A stretch of 64,000 nt of DNA from Raillietiella orientalis. Taxonomy: Eukaryota. The notes under the pieces are model-generated. The model was not told where the DNA came from. It worked only from the letters and a program-made list of their open reading frames with translations, and ran no database searches. Made by a program: the position numbers and the translations under genes. The stretch spans positions 3,720,001 through 3,784,000 of the forward strand of contig JAYWIR010000013.1 of the NCBI GenBank assembly GCA_036172245.1. Reading direction: 5' to 3'. This document shows positions 12,215 through 25,789 of this stretch, one piece after another; position 1 is the first letter of the stretch; each line of letters begins with the position of its first letter.

Positions 12215-13964
12215 TCTTGGCTCACGGATGAATAAACTCAGGGTAGTTTTTGGCCAGCATCAGCGTAATGCCATAATGCTGTGCATGTTTCTCTTGCCAA
12301 GATGTTGGAAGTTCAATTAGGCATACTGAGTAAATGATGCTCTGAAGTTTTTAAAGCACTTTCATCAAGACATGCTGACGAATTTCATCTTAAATATTTT
12401 GACAAGATACAATCCTCTATGATAGTCGATCGTGAATTTTTACTCCTTGTATGCTTCAGTGTGCCAGACCATTCATCTTCAACTAGCCAGATGTATACAT
12501 TATGCTTTGGTGTATGCATTAGAAGAGGGCTGTCATGTACTTTTCATATTAATTATTTTGAAATAAAGTAATTTCAAGCAATAAGATTTGACTGGAAATT
12601 GGCAACGTATATTCATGAAGGTGATCGTGCATTTATAAGCCACTTTACCGTTTACCATGTGCTGAATACGTTTAACTCTGGTCTTCACACTCCGTGAAAT
12701 CAACAGTAAGGATTTAAAAGTAGCTCGGAACGATTTTTACCAAGGAATTTTCTTGGCAAGAAGCGGAACGTGAGCGAGATGGTTATCCTCGATGGTAGGA
12801 CGTGTCACAATCATATCCGTGGCAAGAATGCCCGGTGGTACTGAGTAAAGGTGGAACTGCTTTCTCTCTGGCGTTTGAGTTTGCCCAACCTACTTGAATC
12901 TGCCGCGCCACGAAATGGCGAAAAAGTATTTGATGTGAAAGTATAGCACGCATTATCTAATTTGACTGCAGACTGCAGATAGGCAGTGCAGTGCAGTGGA
13001 TTATGAGAGTACCAAGCAAACTCTGTGGGGTGGACGAGGGGCATGGATTTCTGGGGGGATTGACATTGCAGTGGAGAACAAAATCCGTCTTTTTTCTGAT
13101 CAAATTGGAAATCGAATGGGAGGCACTGCAGAAGGCAGCGCTTCACGCTTAAAACGATCCACCTACAGGGAAAGCAGGAAAAAAAAAATCCAGGAGTACG
13201 TTAATGTTCTTGCGAAAGCGCAAATCTTTTTAAAATCCATGAAATTAGCTTGGCGTGAATTTTTGTAGACAAAGAGTTGGTTAAATAGGCCAAAAAGGTT
13301 TCTGAATTTCATGATGGGAAAATTTTGCAAGCAAAAAAGTACAAAAGGTACATCGTGAGTCTTCAGGAAGTTTGGGAACAAAATCGCAACCAAAGCCTTC
13401 ACCTAATCATCAAAGAGGATCTGTAAAGCAGAATTCGTCAAAAAGATGGGGAAGACGAAAAAATGAGACAAAAATTAGCAGCTATGAACTTTCGAAAGCG
13501 AATGGAATTTGATCTTTCAGTATCTTAGGTTTTGATCATCAAATGAAGCTAAGTTTCGGAGTTTCTTTTTTCTTTGCATAAAAAAAAAAAAAAAATGCAC
13601 ATAGTTCAGTGGAAACTGACCCTTTAAAAGCCACATGGACCAGAATATTAAAAAGTACTTTGACGTAGAGCGGTTTCATTGCTGATCGGGCTTGAAATCT
13701 CAGTTGACACGAGAGCAGCAACTTACTGTACAGTTGGTGTACAGTAAGTTGCTTTAAAAAGGCGAAGGCAAGGGTTTGCAGTGATTTTTTCTGAAGAGAC
13801 AGATGAGAGTACATGACACACATTGCCCATCCCAAAATAGCAGCGTCCCAACATGCGTTCATTGGCAACTGATCTCGCAAGGACTACAACACTGATATTA
13901 AATTTCAACTTTTTTTTTTTTTCTTTCAAATTATTGAAGCATGAAAAACACGAAGATCAGATGT

Positions 13965-14079
<115 letters not shown>

Positions 14080-15248
14080 ACAAAAAACTTATTCGCAAAC
14101 AGCAGCCATTTGTTTCATATAAAGGGAGCCTTCGCTTTTTCAAAGTACTTCAGTTTACAATGCTTGGGAACCCTGGTCGCCTGATGGACGTTCATTTGAT
14201 AACTTCATTCCATGGTATTTTTTCACATACAATCAAAAAGTCCTGCAGCCTGGCTCTTTAGCCCTCCGGCAATATCTAGCAAAATCAGCGACATTCTAGT
14301 TTTCGCCACCTGTTTCCTCTCTGGATACTTCCCAGGCATAATTTTGGTAGATTTTGTGAATCTCTTGCTGCTTGTTAGAAGCCTCCGGGACCCCAGAATG
14401 TAGTTTCTGTCTCTTTCTACTTCAGGAAGCAAACTGTGAATAGAAATGACGAGTGCTTCATGGACAGCAACCAGAGGTTCTCTTCTGCCTGTTCTCTTCC
14501 ATCCAGCAACTGTTTTACATAATCTTTCGAGAATCCCCCACATTTCTTCAAACTGTTTTTCATAGTATACTTACATCCGTTTTGGTGAAGAGGGATAGCA
14601 TAATATAGCATAAAAAGTAGTACAAAGAATTGTGCTGGGAAATTTCATTTCCTCTTTTAAGGATGGCTGCAGCAGGCCGCGGATGCTGGACATACAACAA
14701 ACACCGAATCATGCTCATGGTATCCAGTACGAATTGTAGTACTCAATGCAGATAACACAAAATGATATAATGATTGATGCATGTACACATCGTAAGGGAT
14801 TGTAATGTACGCAAGAGTCATCGGAAGGTACAAAATGCTTGAAAGGAGGAGGGGTTCCGAAGGGACGTGCTGAGAGGACCGGGACTCTGCCTTTGCTTAT
14901 GGATTTACTTGATTGTTGCTGCTCAACATTGAGAATTGTTGGCCAAATTCAGTGTGTACGAATTGTTGTAAAGAAGAAAAAAAAGAGAAGGGAAGGGCCA
15001 CTTTTGAGCCTCTTTCCGTTTCCTTTCTCAAAAGGGTTTTCGGACGTTTTCCTCGGGTGGCAGCCACAAAGAATCCTTTTGGACTGCAACCAACACAAAA
15101 AGGGAAGGATCGAAAGTCAAACGTCAAAACAGTCAGCTCTTTGCTTGCAAATTGTATGTGATTTACCACATAGTTCTGGAAAGTTCCGTAGGAAGTCGTA
15201 CGTGATGTGCTGTGCCGTGTCTTTCGGTTCTTGCAGTCCTTGAGAAGC

Positions 15249-16524
15249 ATGTCGGGCGGTGTTGACGATGCAGTCCTTTCGAATAACTTGAGGATGCCAG
15301 TGTTTGGATTAGGTAAACATGAGGGATGTGCAACATTTTTCACACATGTGGTAATATGATAGTACTGATTTGGGCTTATGCGGTATTGTTTTCCTTTTTT
15401 CGGTGAACACATGATTCGTTGCATTCGTAGTTTGCTGGGTGATTGGGTTCTTTGAAACAAGGTGGTTTAAAGTAACTTCTGTAAAAGATTTTATTAGAAT
15501 CACTTTTATGAATTGTAGTGACATAACATGAGTTACACATTTGAAATACAATCATAGGAACATCTCATTCTGGTGGTTATTCTCATGATGCAGTTGTTTA
15601 TGCACTCAAAGATTGTGGCTACAGGCTGATTGATACAGCAAAACGTTACGGTAATGAGAAATTGCTATGTATTGCTATAAAGGTGAGCATATTTATACAT
15701 TTTGTATCGCACTATTAAATACTGATATTGATGTCAAGGAAAGTGGAGTTCCTCGTGACAATGTGTTTATAGTGGATAAGCTATGGCCAGCTGATTATGG
15801 TCATCACAAAACTACACAAGCACTCAAAGAATCATTATTACAGCTTGGAATATCAAGTATAGGTATATTGAAAGAAAAAAATTTTTTAAACTATTCCTCG
15901 CTATGTATATAGATTTATATTTAATGCACTGGCCATTGTGTCCTTCTGTATACAGCAATTGTGGGGAGGTAAGGCTGGAGACATGGCGCACTTTGGAGAA
16001 TTTATATGATAAAGGATATTGTAAAGCTATTGGAGTTAGCAATTTTGAAATACATGAATTGAAGGAAATTCTCGAAAATTGCAGTGTACCTCCAATGGTC
16101 AATCAGATAGAATTGCACCCCTGGTACTACCCAAAACAGCTGTTAGATTTTTGCAGGGAGAATCACATCCAACCTATGGTTAGTTATTTTCACTGGTTTC
16201 ACATTGCTGTAAAATGCATAATAGGGATACAGCCCTTTAGCTAAAGGACAACTAATTTCGCATCCAGAGGTTCTTCGTGTAGCTGAGCATTGTGGCTGTT
16301 CAGCTGCACAAGCACTTATCTGTTGGTCTCTTCAACAGGGTGCTGTTACCATTCCAATGACCATGCATAAGGAGAGAATTCAGGAAAACATTGCTTCTTT
16401 GCAGTTTAGGCTTGATGATCCTAGCATGGAAAGTCTAAATATGTTAAATGAAAATCGTCGGTTGCAAAATATAGCAAGGGTTCAAGGAAACATTGATGCT
16501 ACATTTGATCAGCATAATCATTGA
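15249..16524 (+). CDS. Aldo-keto reductase (resembles the ZK1290.5-like subfamily); exons 15249-15312, 15558-15682, 15739-15862, 15913-16178, 16225-16524
   Basis: MPVFGLGTSHSGGYSHDAVVYAL, GYRLIDTAKRYGNE, KLWPADYG, DLYLMHWP, KAIGVSNF, NQIELHP, GYSPLAKG. The catalytic D/Y/K/H tetrad is present. GT-AG introns; AATAAA at 16548. Confidence 0.95.
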
Positions 16525-19500
16525 GTTGAGTTGATCCTTGAGGTCATAATAAAAAAAGGGAAAATGAGCATTTTGTCTCAAATTGCAAGAGATGTTCTTG
16601 CAACTTGTTAAACAGAAATTCTTCACGATTTTGTTAAGAAATAGGGATGTATTCTGATGCGAATAAGTATGTGAAATATAATAACTGACGAAATGAAGGA
16701 GGGCTGTGTGCTTGTTTGCTTTGGAAGTGGAGATGGAAATGCTCACAACATGACTCTTTTTGTAGGCTCCAAACTTGAGAAAACTTACTGTCTTTACAGC
16801 AGTGGAACTCAAGTTATAACGATCAAGCTCCTGCACAGAATTGCTAGCAGCAATTGCTCAAAAGAGTAAAACTTTTGCGATTATTTTTGCAATTCCCGAA
16901 CGTACACTGTTCTGCACGTTGCAAATGCTTCAAATCCGTTTTGAGGCTTTATCATGCCTGTTATGAGGTCGATGAACTTATGTATAATGTTGTAGCTCTA
17001 CGCAGAATGACGAGTACATTACCACCAAAACACACCGAATCATTGCTAATGTACTGGTGTCGCAACCCGACCAACTTGCATTGTCACAACATTCGAGACG
17101 TCCAATAAGTGTGCTTACTCTTATGTACTTAGTCTTCTTTCAGGTCCATTTTTTTTTCTTCTTTTTACTCCGTGGGAACATCAAAATACAAGGACGTTTT
17201 CATTGAACCAATCCTCATGGAAAGAGTGATCCGTCAATCATCTCAGAGAACTCTTTCCGTTCCTTTTACTACCAGCACAACGTCCCACTCCCACGTAGGG
17301 ACGCACACCGGAATTTTCCTTGCCCTACTACGTGGTCACCAGAATGCTATGGGAAGTGCTGCCCCGAGAAGGTGTCCCCTATTATCTTCCGGGACTGGCA
17401 GCTCCCCATTTCCCTTTCTTTTTTTTTTTTTTTTATACCTATCTCAATGCTGATACGGCATGGGATTGCAAACATCGCATAAACGTGGATTTTGTTTTGA
17501 GAAACCTACACTCCTTGCCATGCTTCTTTAAAATCGGAAAGCAGCAGAACGATGGGTTAATTAGAGAATCAAAATCCATTTACCCAACTACTTTCTCGAC
17601 ACATTGGAGAGAGCATGAATTCATGGTTTTTTTTTTTTTTTTTCTTTTTTTTTTTTACGATTTATGCCAGTTTATTCATGATATCTTTGCTCACGACACC
17701 TTTATCCAATCGTAATTTGTTTCAATTTCATTTCTTGAAATATCTAATTACGAACTTACTGATAAGGAGCGGTGTATTTATAAACATCACGATAAAAAAA
17801 AAACAAAAACTCGGGAGTTCATTTTGTTCTTGGTGAAATACATGCTGTGTGTGCCTCTTTATGCATATATTTATCTATGTGCATATCACGTCGAAAGATA
17901 AATCTTGGAGAGCTGTGGCTTGGACAACAGCCTTAAGGAACGAATTGCAATCAAACCTCATGCAAGAGACTCGGGAAACTCGTGATCATAAACAACATCG
18001 TTCTGCGTATGTGGGGATCGGGGAGAAGTTTTTTTTTTTTTTTTTTGCGTATTGGGGCTGCTCACGCTATCTGCTGAAGATGGGCACCGTTGTTGTTCCC
18101 CCCCCCCCTCCACGAATTACACCCCTCTGGACTCGGGTCGAAAGCAGTGTCAGTGCATTGCGTCCACTCGGCGGGTTTTTTCTTTTTCTTTTTTTTTCTT
18201 TCTTTCTTTCTTTTTCCCCCTGCCCCCTTCCCAAGTACCCGATCCCGGGACTGGTAAGCGTGCTCGCTCCGCGCCGGAGCGCGCTGCGCAGTTGCGTGGT
18301 GCCTCTCCTCCCTGCCTGCATCCGTGGTATGTGTGTGTGTGTGTGGATGGCTGTGCGGACGGGTGGCTGGGGGTGGTGGTTGCCTTTTCGCGTGGCGTGG
18401 CCCACGGAGTGGTGGTGGTTGGGGGACGTGTTCCCCGTGTCGGCGGGGCTTCTGTTTGCACTGCGTGATCTCTGAATAATGCAGTGAGGTTGAAATCCGT
18501 CGTATTGTTGGCCAAAACAAAGTGCGGGTGATTTTCGGCTGATTTTTTCCAGTGCAAGCAGCGCCCCCCCCCCTCTCCCCTCCTCCCTGCAGTTATTCAC
18601 CGTGAGAAATTTTCCTCCTTCCAGCCTGTTGGCGGTTAAAATTATACAAGTCTTTCCGCTTTCCCACATTCAAATCACTCGTGGATGTTCTGCAAGAAGA
18701 AAAGCATGTCTGCGCATCCTCCAGTATGTGACCATTGATTCCTCCACTGTTCCTGCGTGTAAGTAGTTTTGGCTGCTTTTGGTTGCTTCGTACTTCCGCC
18801 GCTGCAAGTGGTGGTTCTTTGCGTGCTTTGCGCTCACTCCCCTGCCGCCTCGGTCTCCACGTGAGCGGTGTGTGTCGGCGGTGTTCCGTCGGAAGCGCGG
18901 TGTTCTTCGACGCCAGCCGGGCGATTTCTTGCGCACCAGCAGAAAGGGCGTCTTTGTGGCACCGCAGCCCCGCGCTCCCGACGAGCGCGTCCGAGGTGTC
19001 CCGAAGAGAAAGCAGCAGCAGCAGCAGCCGTGGAACTTTCCGAATCCGCGCAAACTCGGGTATGTGTGCTCGTGGACGTTTTCGCAGGACGAAAGCAAGT
19101 GGGGTTGCGAGCAGAAAGGTAAAAATTCTCCAAAGGGTAGGAGGAGGCGGTGGACTGCCAAGACCGTGATCCGTACACACACCTTGCCGTGGAAAAGAGG
19201 TCCCCCGCCCCCTCGTCCTCCCCTCGTCCTCCCCTTCCCACCCACCCACCCCACCCCACCCCACCCCAAATTGAAATAGCCCGTTGAGACGTAAGTGGGT
19301 AAATTCAATTGAATCGGCCCTGAGGTTCACTGGGGGAGGCCAGTGCTCCAAAATCGAAACGTGCGGCCAAATTTGTAAACATGCGTGCAGTTCGTTTTCG
19401 CACGAGTATTATCGGAAATGTATTCAGTAAATTGGATTCAGTTTCTTTCATAACGTAATGAGCACACAGCACCAACTGTTACTGATTGCTGCCGTAACTG

Positions 19501-19813
19501 ATGTAATGATAATGAAAGCACTCCTTGGCGCATTCGGAGTAATTGCTCTTTTTGGGATTTGTGGATTGGTTGTGCACATAACGTGTGCATAATTTGCCCA
19601 GCACATCATGCACGTATCAATGATACCATGAATAAATGAATTGCTCCGAGTTTTTGCTTGTGCCCGTCGGCGTTGCTCTTAGTTTTTCCCCCTTTTTTTT
19701 CTAGAATGCATGGATCTCTGGTTTATTTTTGTACATCCTAGTGATATACATAAGAAGTCCACCAGTATTGTTGCCATCTTCTTGGATTTTGGTGCATTAC
19801 TTTATTCCCACTC

Positions 19814-20542
19814 ATGGCTGAATATCTGAATAAGAAACCTCGCAAAAGCATACTGAAGACATCCACCAGTTTTGATCAGGCTGAGAGAAAGTAAAGATTG
19901 GTGCAAAGAGAAGTTGCCGGACCATGAGCTCCTCTGCAGGGCATCTGTTGATTCTGGATTATCCAAAACAGCCAAGTTTGATGAGATGAACATTCTAGCC
20001 ACTCTTCATCCTCCTGACAAAGACTATGGCCACATGCGTGTTGATGAACCAAAGACGCCTTTCCACTATGCACGTGAGGATGGTAATGAATCTGATGATC
20101 TTCTGGATGCATCACTGGATGTGGAAGACCTGCGAGAAAGGTGGTGTATTCATACAGGTAGTCAGAAGGGTAAAATTTGTTTTATAGGTTGAGTCGCTCA
20201 CCTCCTTCCAAAACTGCTTTCTTTTCTTCAGAGGAGTCGGATGAAGAAGAAACTCCGGAAGAGAGAGGTAAGTATTGATACCTGGAGGATTGCTATTGTG
20301 TTGCAGAACGTCGAAAGGCATTTGAAATGAAGCGAAAAGCACATTATAATGAATTTGCAGCCATCAAGTTAGCACGGCAGCTTCTGGAAAAAGAAAATGA
20401 TGATGATGGCGAAGGAGAAGGGGATCATCCTTTGCCACAGGACATTGTAAATTTAACTGTACCATATGATGACTCAAGAAATGCATTCTCAAACTCCAGT
20501 TCACAGAATTCTAGCTCAGAGGATGTAGATCAAATGGAATGA
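19814..20542 (+). CDS. PPP1R2: Protein phosphatase 1 inhibitor-2; exons 19814-19890, 19940-20140, 20188-20267, 20307-20542
   Basis: KSILK motif, [30 protein letters not shown], and [11 protein letters not shown]. Introns of 49, 47 and 39 bp are GT-AG and in frame. AATAAA at ~20654. Confidence 0.95.
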
Positions 20543-20949
20543 AATGCCTTGTGCTGCTGCAGTTTCTTCTGCAGTCTTGGCTCCATTTCTGCGGAAATAC
20601 TTAATTGCAGGAGGAAACTATTAATTCACAAATCAGCTGTTGCTACTCTTAGTAATAAATAAAAATTAAAAATGGAGTTTTGAGAAGTGCAACTCAGTTC
20701 AAAAGTAGATAGAGTGTAGGAGGAAATGTGACCTACAGATTAGCAATTAAGCTTCAAAAAGTAACCCTTTAATAGCTCAAAGTTTATGGTATGTCTTATG
20801 TTCTTTGAGAATTTTCATTCTAGTTGTAGTTGCCGTTCATTTACATAGAAGAGTATATCTAGTAGTTTATGTAATCCTGGTAGCTATGCAAGTGTAGTTT
20901 TGATAACAAGAGAAACATAAATGGAGTAATTATCATTGCCATCGTGCAT

Positions 20950-21420
20950 TCTCGGTATGCATGTGGTTACAGAAATCAGATGCATTAGACTCATCCGTTT
21001 GTTTTGATGTCTTGCAGCTTGTATTTCCTTTTCAATTGCAGCTATTGTTGGGATAGCCCCCCCGTAGAACTTGGGTTTTCTACAGGCACTTGACACAGGA
21101 CCAAGGATGTTTGTTTTGGTATGTGTTTCCAGAATGCTGGGTTGTCCAGCGTGTGTTTCCAAAGCGCAATCAATGCAAGTTGGTTGGTGCATGAAAGCAG
21201 AGTCTGACAATTGCTCACTCAGTGAACCTTCCACATTTTGGCCGCAATCAGTGCGTTCACGAATGTTTTGGACGCAATTTTCCTATCGAAAGTTGCTGTT
21301 GATTTCCTTAATTTAGTTGTGAGTGCACCATAGGTGTTGGGTTTAATGCATCTGGATTTCAGCTGATTGAGGGAGTATCCGTGATTACGTTTTGCCGAAA
21401 GCTTTTTAACGTGCACCTCT
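20950..21420 (-). mobile_element. Decayed L1/Tx1-like ORF2 fragment (region after RT)
   Basis: Broken frames give SKTFVNALIAAKMW and RKPKFYGG, resembling the L1/Tx1 'K.LIN.L..SKLW' and 'PK..GGLG' motifs. Confidence 0.5.
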
Positions 21421-22089
21421 GATGGATTTTCGGTTCTTTTTATTCTTGCAGTTGTGCTGTGTTTTATTTTATTTTATTTTATTTTTAGAATCCTTTAAAG
21501 CTTCACATTTCGTTTGAAGCTCCGGGTTCTTTGGTCTCGGGTGTTTTAGGTCATTAAGTTTGTATTCGTGATCAATCGGTGATGTAGAGTTTTGGAAATA
21601 TACTTTTAGAAACGGAACAGTCTTATGATTTAACAAACGATGGCAATGGGTCAGCCACGGGGCACCGTGACCCTTCGCAAGACCGCACCAGCCGAGGCGA
21701 CGTCGTGGAAGCTGGTCACCGTTTTCCCTCTTCGTCCAACAGTCCGAGTGGATCCGAGGGCAGTCGAACTTTTCAACTCGGACGACGGCGCCCCGGGATG
21801 CAGATTTCAGCTCGGTGGCCGATTTCCTGTTTATGATCCCCAGGTAGAGAATGATAAATATTTTGTGTAGGATTTTCGTGAACAAAACACTCTTTTGAAA
21901 TCCGCGGCCGATTCGCAATAAACCACGTCCATGTACATGCTGTTTTCTCTCTCTTCCCCCCCCCCCTTTTTTTTTTTCTTTTTTCTTTTCCCAAAGGCAA
22001 AATTCCCGACAGGCGCGCGTACCCTCCTCGCAAGTAGAAAGTGGCACGAAATCTCTTCAGATCTGTTCGTATGCTGCTATTTTTTTTAA

Positions 22090-22300
22090 TGGAGAGCTCT
22101 TGGAAGTCGTCCCCTCAGACGTTGTACACGATCAGGATCCTCATCCAAGTGTTCCACCGCCTCTTGGTTGACAGGAAGCAGTTCTTTTGGGAACTGAAAG
22201 TCCCAGGAGAGTGCAGCCCAGGGCGAAAGCAATTGAAAATGATTTTTGCTGACCACATGTGGATGTACACCATCTGGGTCCCTCGTACCTAAAACAAGAA
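22090..22300 (-). mobile_element. Possible decayed L1/Tx1-like ORF2 fragment
   Basis: Frame reading ...CQPRGGGTLG resembles the 'P...GGLG' motif; multiple disruptions. Confidence 0.3.
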
Positions 22301-23829
22301 AGCAGAGCAGCGAACCTCGCGTCCAAAACGCGGAACCCGGTGCTGTCCCTCTGAAGGTGCTCACATAATTAGGGAGGTGGCGGTGTTGATAAACACGAAG
22401 AAAGGTCCGAGGAGGCGAAGCATCCGTTTCGTGGTGTCAAAAGAGAAATGAGGCCTTAAAATGAGAGGCCGAACTTTTTTTTTCGCAGCTCCCGGTGCGC
22501 CTTTCGCACCTTCTCTGTGACGGTGAGGTCATCATCGTCGCCCATTTCGAGTTGTCTCCTAACCGTTTGCAGCTACTTTATGTGGTAGAGGTGTGTTTGT
22601 GCCACGCCTTGCATGTGGTTGCGCTTTGCCAGTTCGAAACGTAGGTCGCTCTGGATGCAGCTGCAGGATGGCCGTGACGGGAGCTTCTCGGGTGGGAGGA
22701 AGCCGGAAGCTGTTTCGGGCTCGTCCGGCGCGTTTCGACAGACCGTCGGAGTGTGTCACAGACGTCACGCCGAGTCACCTGCCTCTGCAACCTGCTGCTG
22801 TTTTTTTTTCCCACGGACCGCACACGCCCGGAATTTCCCGAGCTCGCCAGCAGCGGTCAGCGCGAGCGATGAAAGTGAAGTGGCGCTACGCCTCGTGCCC
22901 CGACCCGGTGAAAGATCTGCACAGCGCAGGTGCTTACGCGAAATGGCGACATTTCGAAAGGAAAGCATTCCAGCCTCCGCAGAAAGGGAGGCAACCCTCA
23001 AACTCATCCCATCCAGAATCGAGTTCTACGAAGGAACCTTCAGCAGAACCGTCCCATCAGAAAGACCGATTTTTTTTGCCCGAGTACGAACCGCTCGGTC
23101 CATTTTACAAGTTGAGGAAAATTCAGGTGGTCAACAAAGTGTAAAAATCAGGTGGTGCTGAGCCTGCTGTGGTGGAAAGTAAAGTTCTTTCTCAAACCAG
23201 TGAAAGCGTCCGCCGAATCGACAAGGACACAATCTAGTTTAAGGGTTAAATTATGATAATGTGGTTGGGACACAGTTTGCTGTGATTGGAGGCTGACTGA
23301 GGCGAGAGATTCGATTAGGTCCTTCGGTGCCGGTTGTAAACTCCCGCATGAAAACACAGTTCTGTTTATCTGGACTGCTAATTTGGAAGGCCGAGCCGGG
23401 ACTTCTGGGGGGGGGGGGGGAGAGGGGAACACGTAAATGAAATCCCTATCGCCCATTCAGAGAATGGACCCGGTCAGGCAGATAAAATCGATTCCCGTCT
23501 CATTTCGCGTCTGAAAGCCGTTCAGATTAGAAGTCGCTGCGGCGGCGATTCGATGGAGCGCCGTTCGCTGTTGGCGCCGCGGGAAGGCCCCAATGGAACG
23601 GTGCGCGCGCGAGGTGTAAGAAGAGAAATGCCGGGGCGGCTCTGAGGCTGACGGCGCCTGGGTCTGGAGGAGTGGTCCGCTCTCGCGGTCCGCATTTGGC
23701 CTGCTCGTCTTGGACCTTCCGATCTGAATCTCGGAGATTTACTCGAAAGACGGACTTCAGCAGTCAGAATTTCCTGTCGGTGCAAGCAATTGCTTTCGGC
23801 TTCGCTACTCCTTGTGCTAAAGCTACTCC

Positions 23830-24400
23830 TTTCCTAATCTTTGAGCATCATTCGGTGCCTGGTGGAAGTCGGTAACTGATGGTGCTTTGTTTTGTTTACG
23901 ATGTTTGCAGTTTCCTTGAACTGCAAGACACCTCCTATTCCAAGCGTCACTTTAATGGATGACTGCAACCTTTTACTCAGCAGAACCTTTTCTTTCCACG
24001 TGTTTCGTTTCGTATGGCAAGATTGACATCTAGGCCATTTTTTTTTCTCCCAGTTTCCATTACCTCTTTTTAAGCTTTCCCAGTCACCTCGACATTTCTG
24101 GTCGAGCGCTACCAAAAACGTCTTCCAACGAGTGGGTAGATTTAGCTCCTTTTTTTTTAGCTTGAGTGTCTGCACAATAGAATGTTCCTTTTACACATGA
24201 GCTTCTTTAGGTTACATAATTCAGGTCTCCCTTCGTAGATAACGTCTCCAGTGCTGACGTGTTCCTTATTTCTCTTTGGAACTTCCCTCCTCCTCTCACC
24301 TGCTACTGCAGCGATGCAGCTGTTGTCTTCCAGGAATCCACAATCCGCGCATTTGCATACGCTTCCTACCAAGCAAGCAGCACTCTTGCACCTCTGTCAG
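23830..24400 (-). mobile_element. Possible decayed LINE C-terminal zinc-finger fragment
   Basis: KCADCGFLEDNSCI resembles the CxxCGxxE(D/T)xxH finger at the end of L1-type ORF2. Confidence 0.3.
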
Positions 24401-25139
24401 CGGGTTAATAAAATAATTTGCTGAAAATTTCTATTCGCTCCGATTTCTACACTCGTCGTACTGCTGACGAAATTCAGCATTGTGGCCTTTCATACTATGT
24501 GGCACTATGGCACCTCTTTCGTATGTGGCTCGGAGTTATCTGCCACCCAAATTCTTCCAAGAGGAACCCATGTTTGCGGACAGCTACGCCGGAGATTGTC
24601 CCAGCTGAAGCTTTACGAATTACTACGCTCACAGATCTTTTTGCGGACAAACCGTGCGTTTCTGTGCAGTGCAGAGCATATAATATGGACGTTTTCTTCC
24701 TCTCATTTGCAGAGATCTCGATCTGATTTGCCTTGCGAAGCGCGCTGTGGTTCAGGCCGGCTATCAGCCTACTTCCGGGTTCCTTCGCTTCCGGGATTCT
24801 CGTCTGTGTGTGTTTTCACGAGTCAGGGAGTTTCGAGAAAACTATGCTTCCAGCACAAAGCTCTCCATTTTGCTTCTGCTTTTATCGATGCTCGACTGAT
24901 GCACTGCACTCGAGAAGGCTGAACATTTCATTTTTACGTGGTCAGTTTTATCGCGGGTCAATTATACAGTACTTCGGTTACTTCAGTATGGTCACTTGGC
25001 GAGTATGTGCACATATACATGCACATAGCCGTTTCACAAATATATGCATATGCATAACTGAGTGCACTGTATTTGCATCCATAAGCTTTTCAGTGCACGA
25101 ATTCTCTTCCATGTATGGTGTTTTTGTGTAGTTTTCCCG

Positions 25140-25290
25140 CCCACGGGTCGGCTCGCAGTCCACCACCTTCTTTCTCATTCTGCTCAAGCATCTTTCGCGG
25201 ACCGATGCAGCGATGGCGATCCCCTCATCTTCTCCTCCTCACATTTCATCGGCGTGCTCATTCCATTTTACCCTCACGGACCATCGACGG
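25140..25290 (+). repeat. Internally deleted copy of the LINE segment at ~27130-27500
   Basis: Shares GGCTCGCAGTCCACC...CTTTCTCATTCTGCTC...TTCGCGGACCGATGCAGCGATGGC...CCCTCATCTTCTCCTCCTC with 27144-27260, then jumps to the CCCTCACGG motif seen at ~27487. Confidence 0.85.
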
Positions 25291-25789
25291 TTTGAAGCTT
25301 TCAATCAATTAACTGTACCATGAATTCAATCATCTAGAGCTCTATCAAACGAGGAAATATTTTCCAGCCTTATGATGGAATTATGCCTGTCGATTTTTTC
25401 CCCACAGAGCTCCGTAGGCATCTTTGCTGAGTTCCCCCACCCGCGTTAAGGCTGAAGAAAACCACACATCATGCACTCAGCAGGCATGCGATTCCACTGC
25501 CGTTTGGGGTTTCATCCTGTTAACCTGTGGGCTTCTTTCTTCCCCCATGGATCAATCCTGGTCAGCGCATCTTTGTGATAGCATCTACATTTCCGCAACG
25601 GTGATGTCTATTCTTTGCGACTGTCACGGGCATGAATTTGTGGCCCAGAGTGCTGTATGCTGGATGGCGGAAAGCGCTGTCCTTTTTTTTTTTTTTTTTT
25701 TTTGCCTCGGCTGATATGCACAGCAAACGACATGAAGGTGCTACATTAGCTACATGCTGCGCGCAGTAAACTCAGATCCCCCCATCCGA

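Noticed and set aside
14223..14543. MWGILER ORF as a Tc1-like transposase remnant
   Set aside because: Only a five-residue resemblance; no SPDLNPIE motif or TIRs seen.
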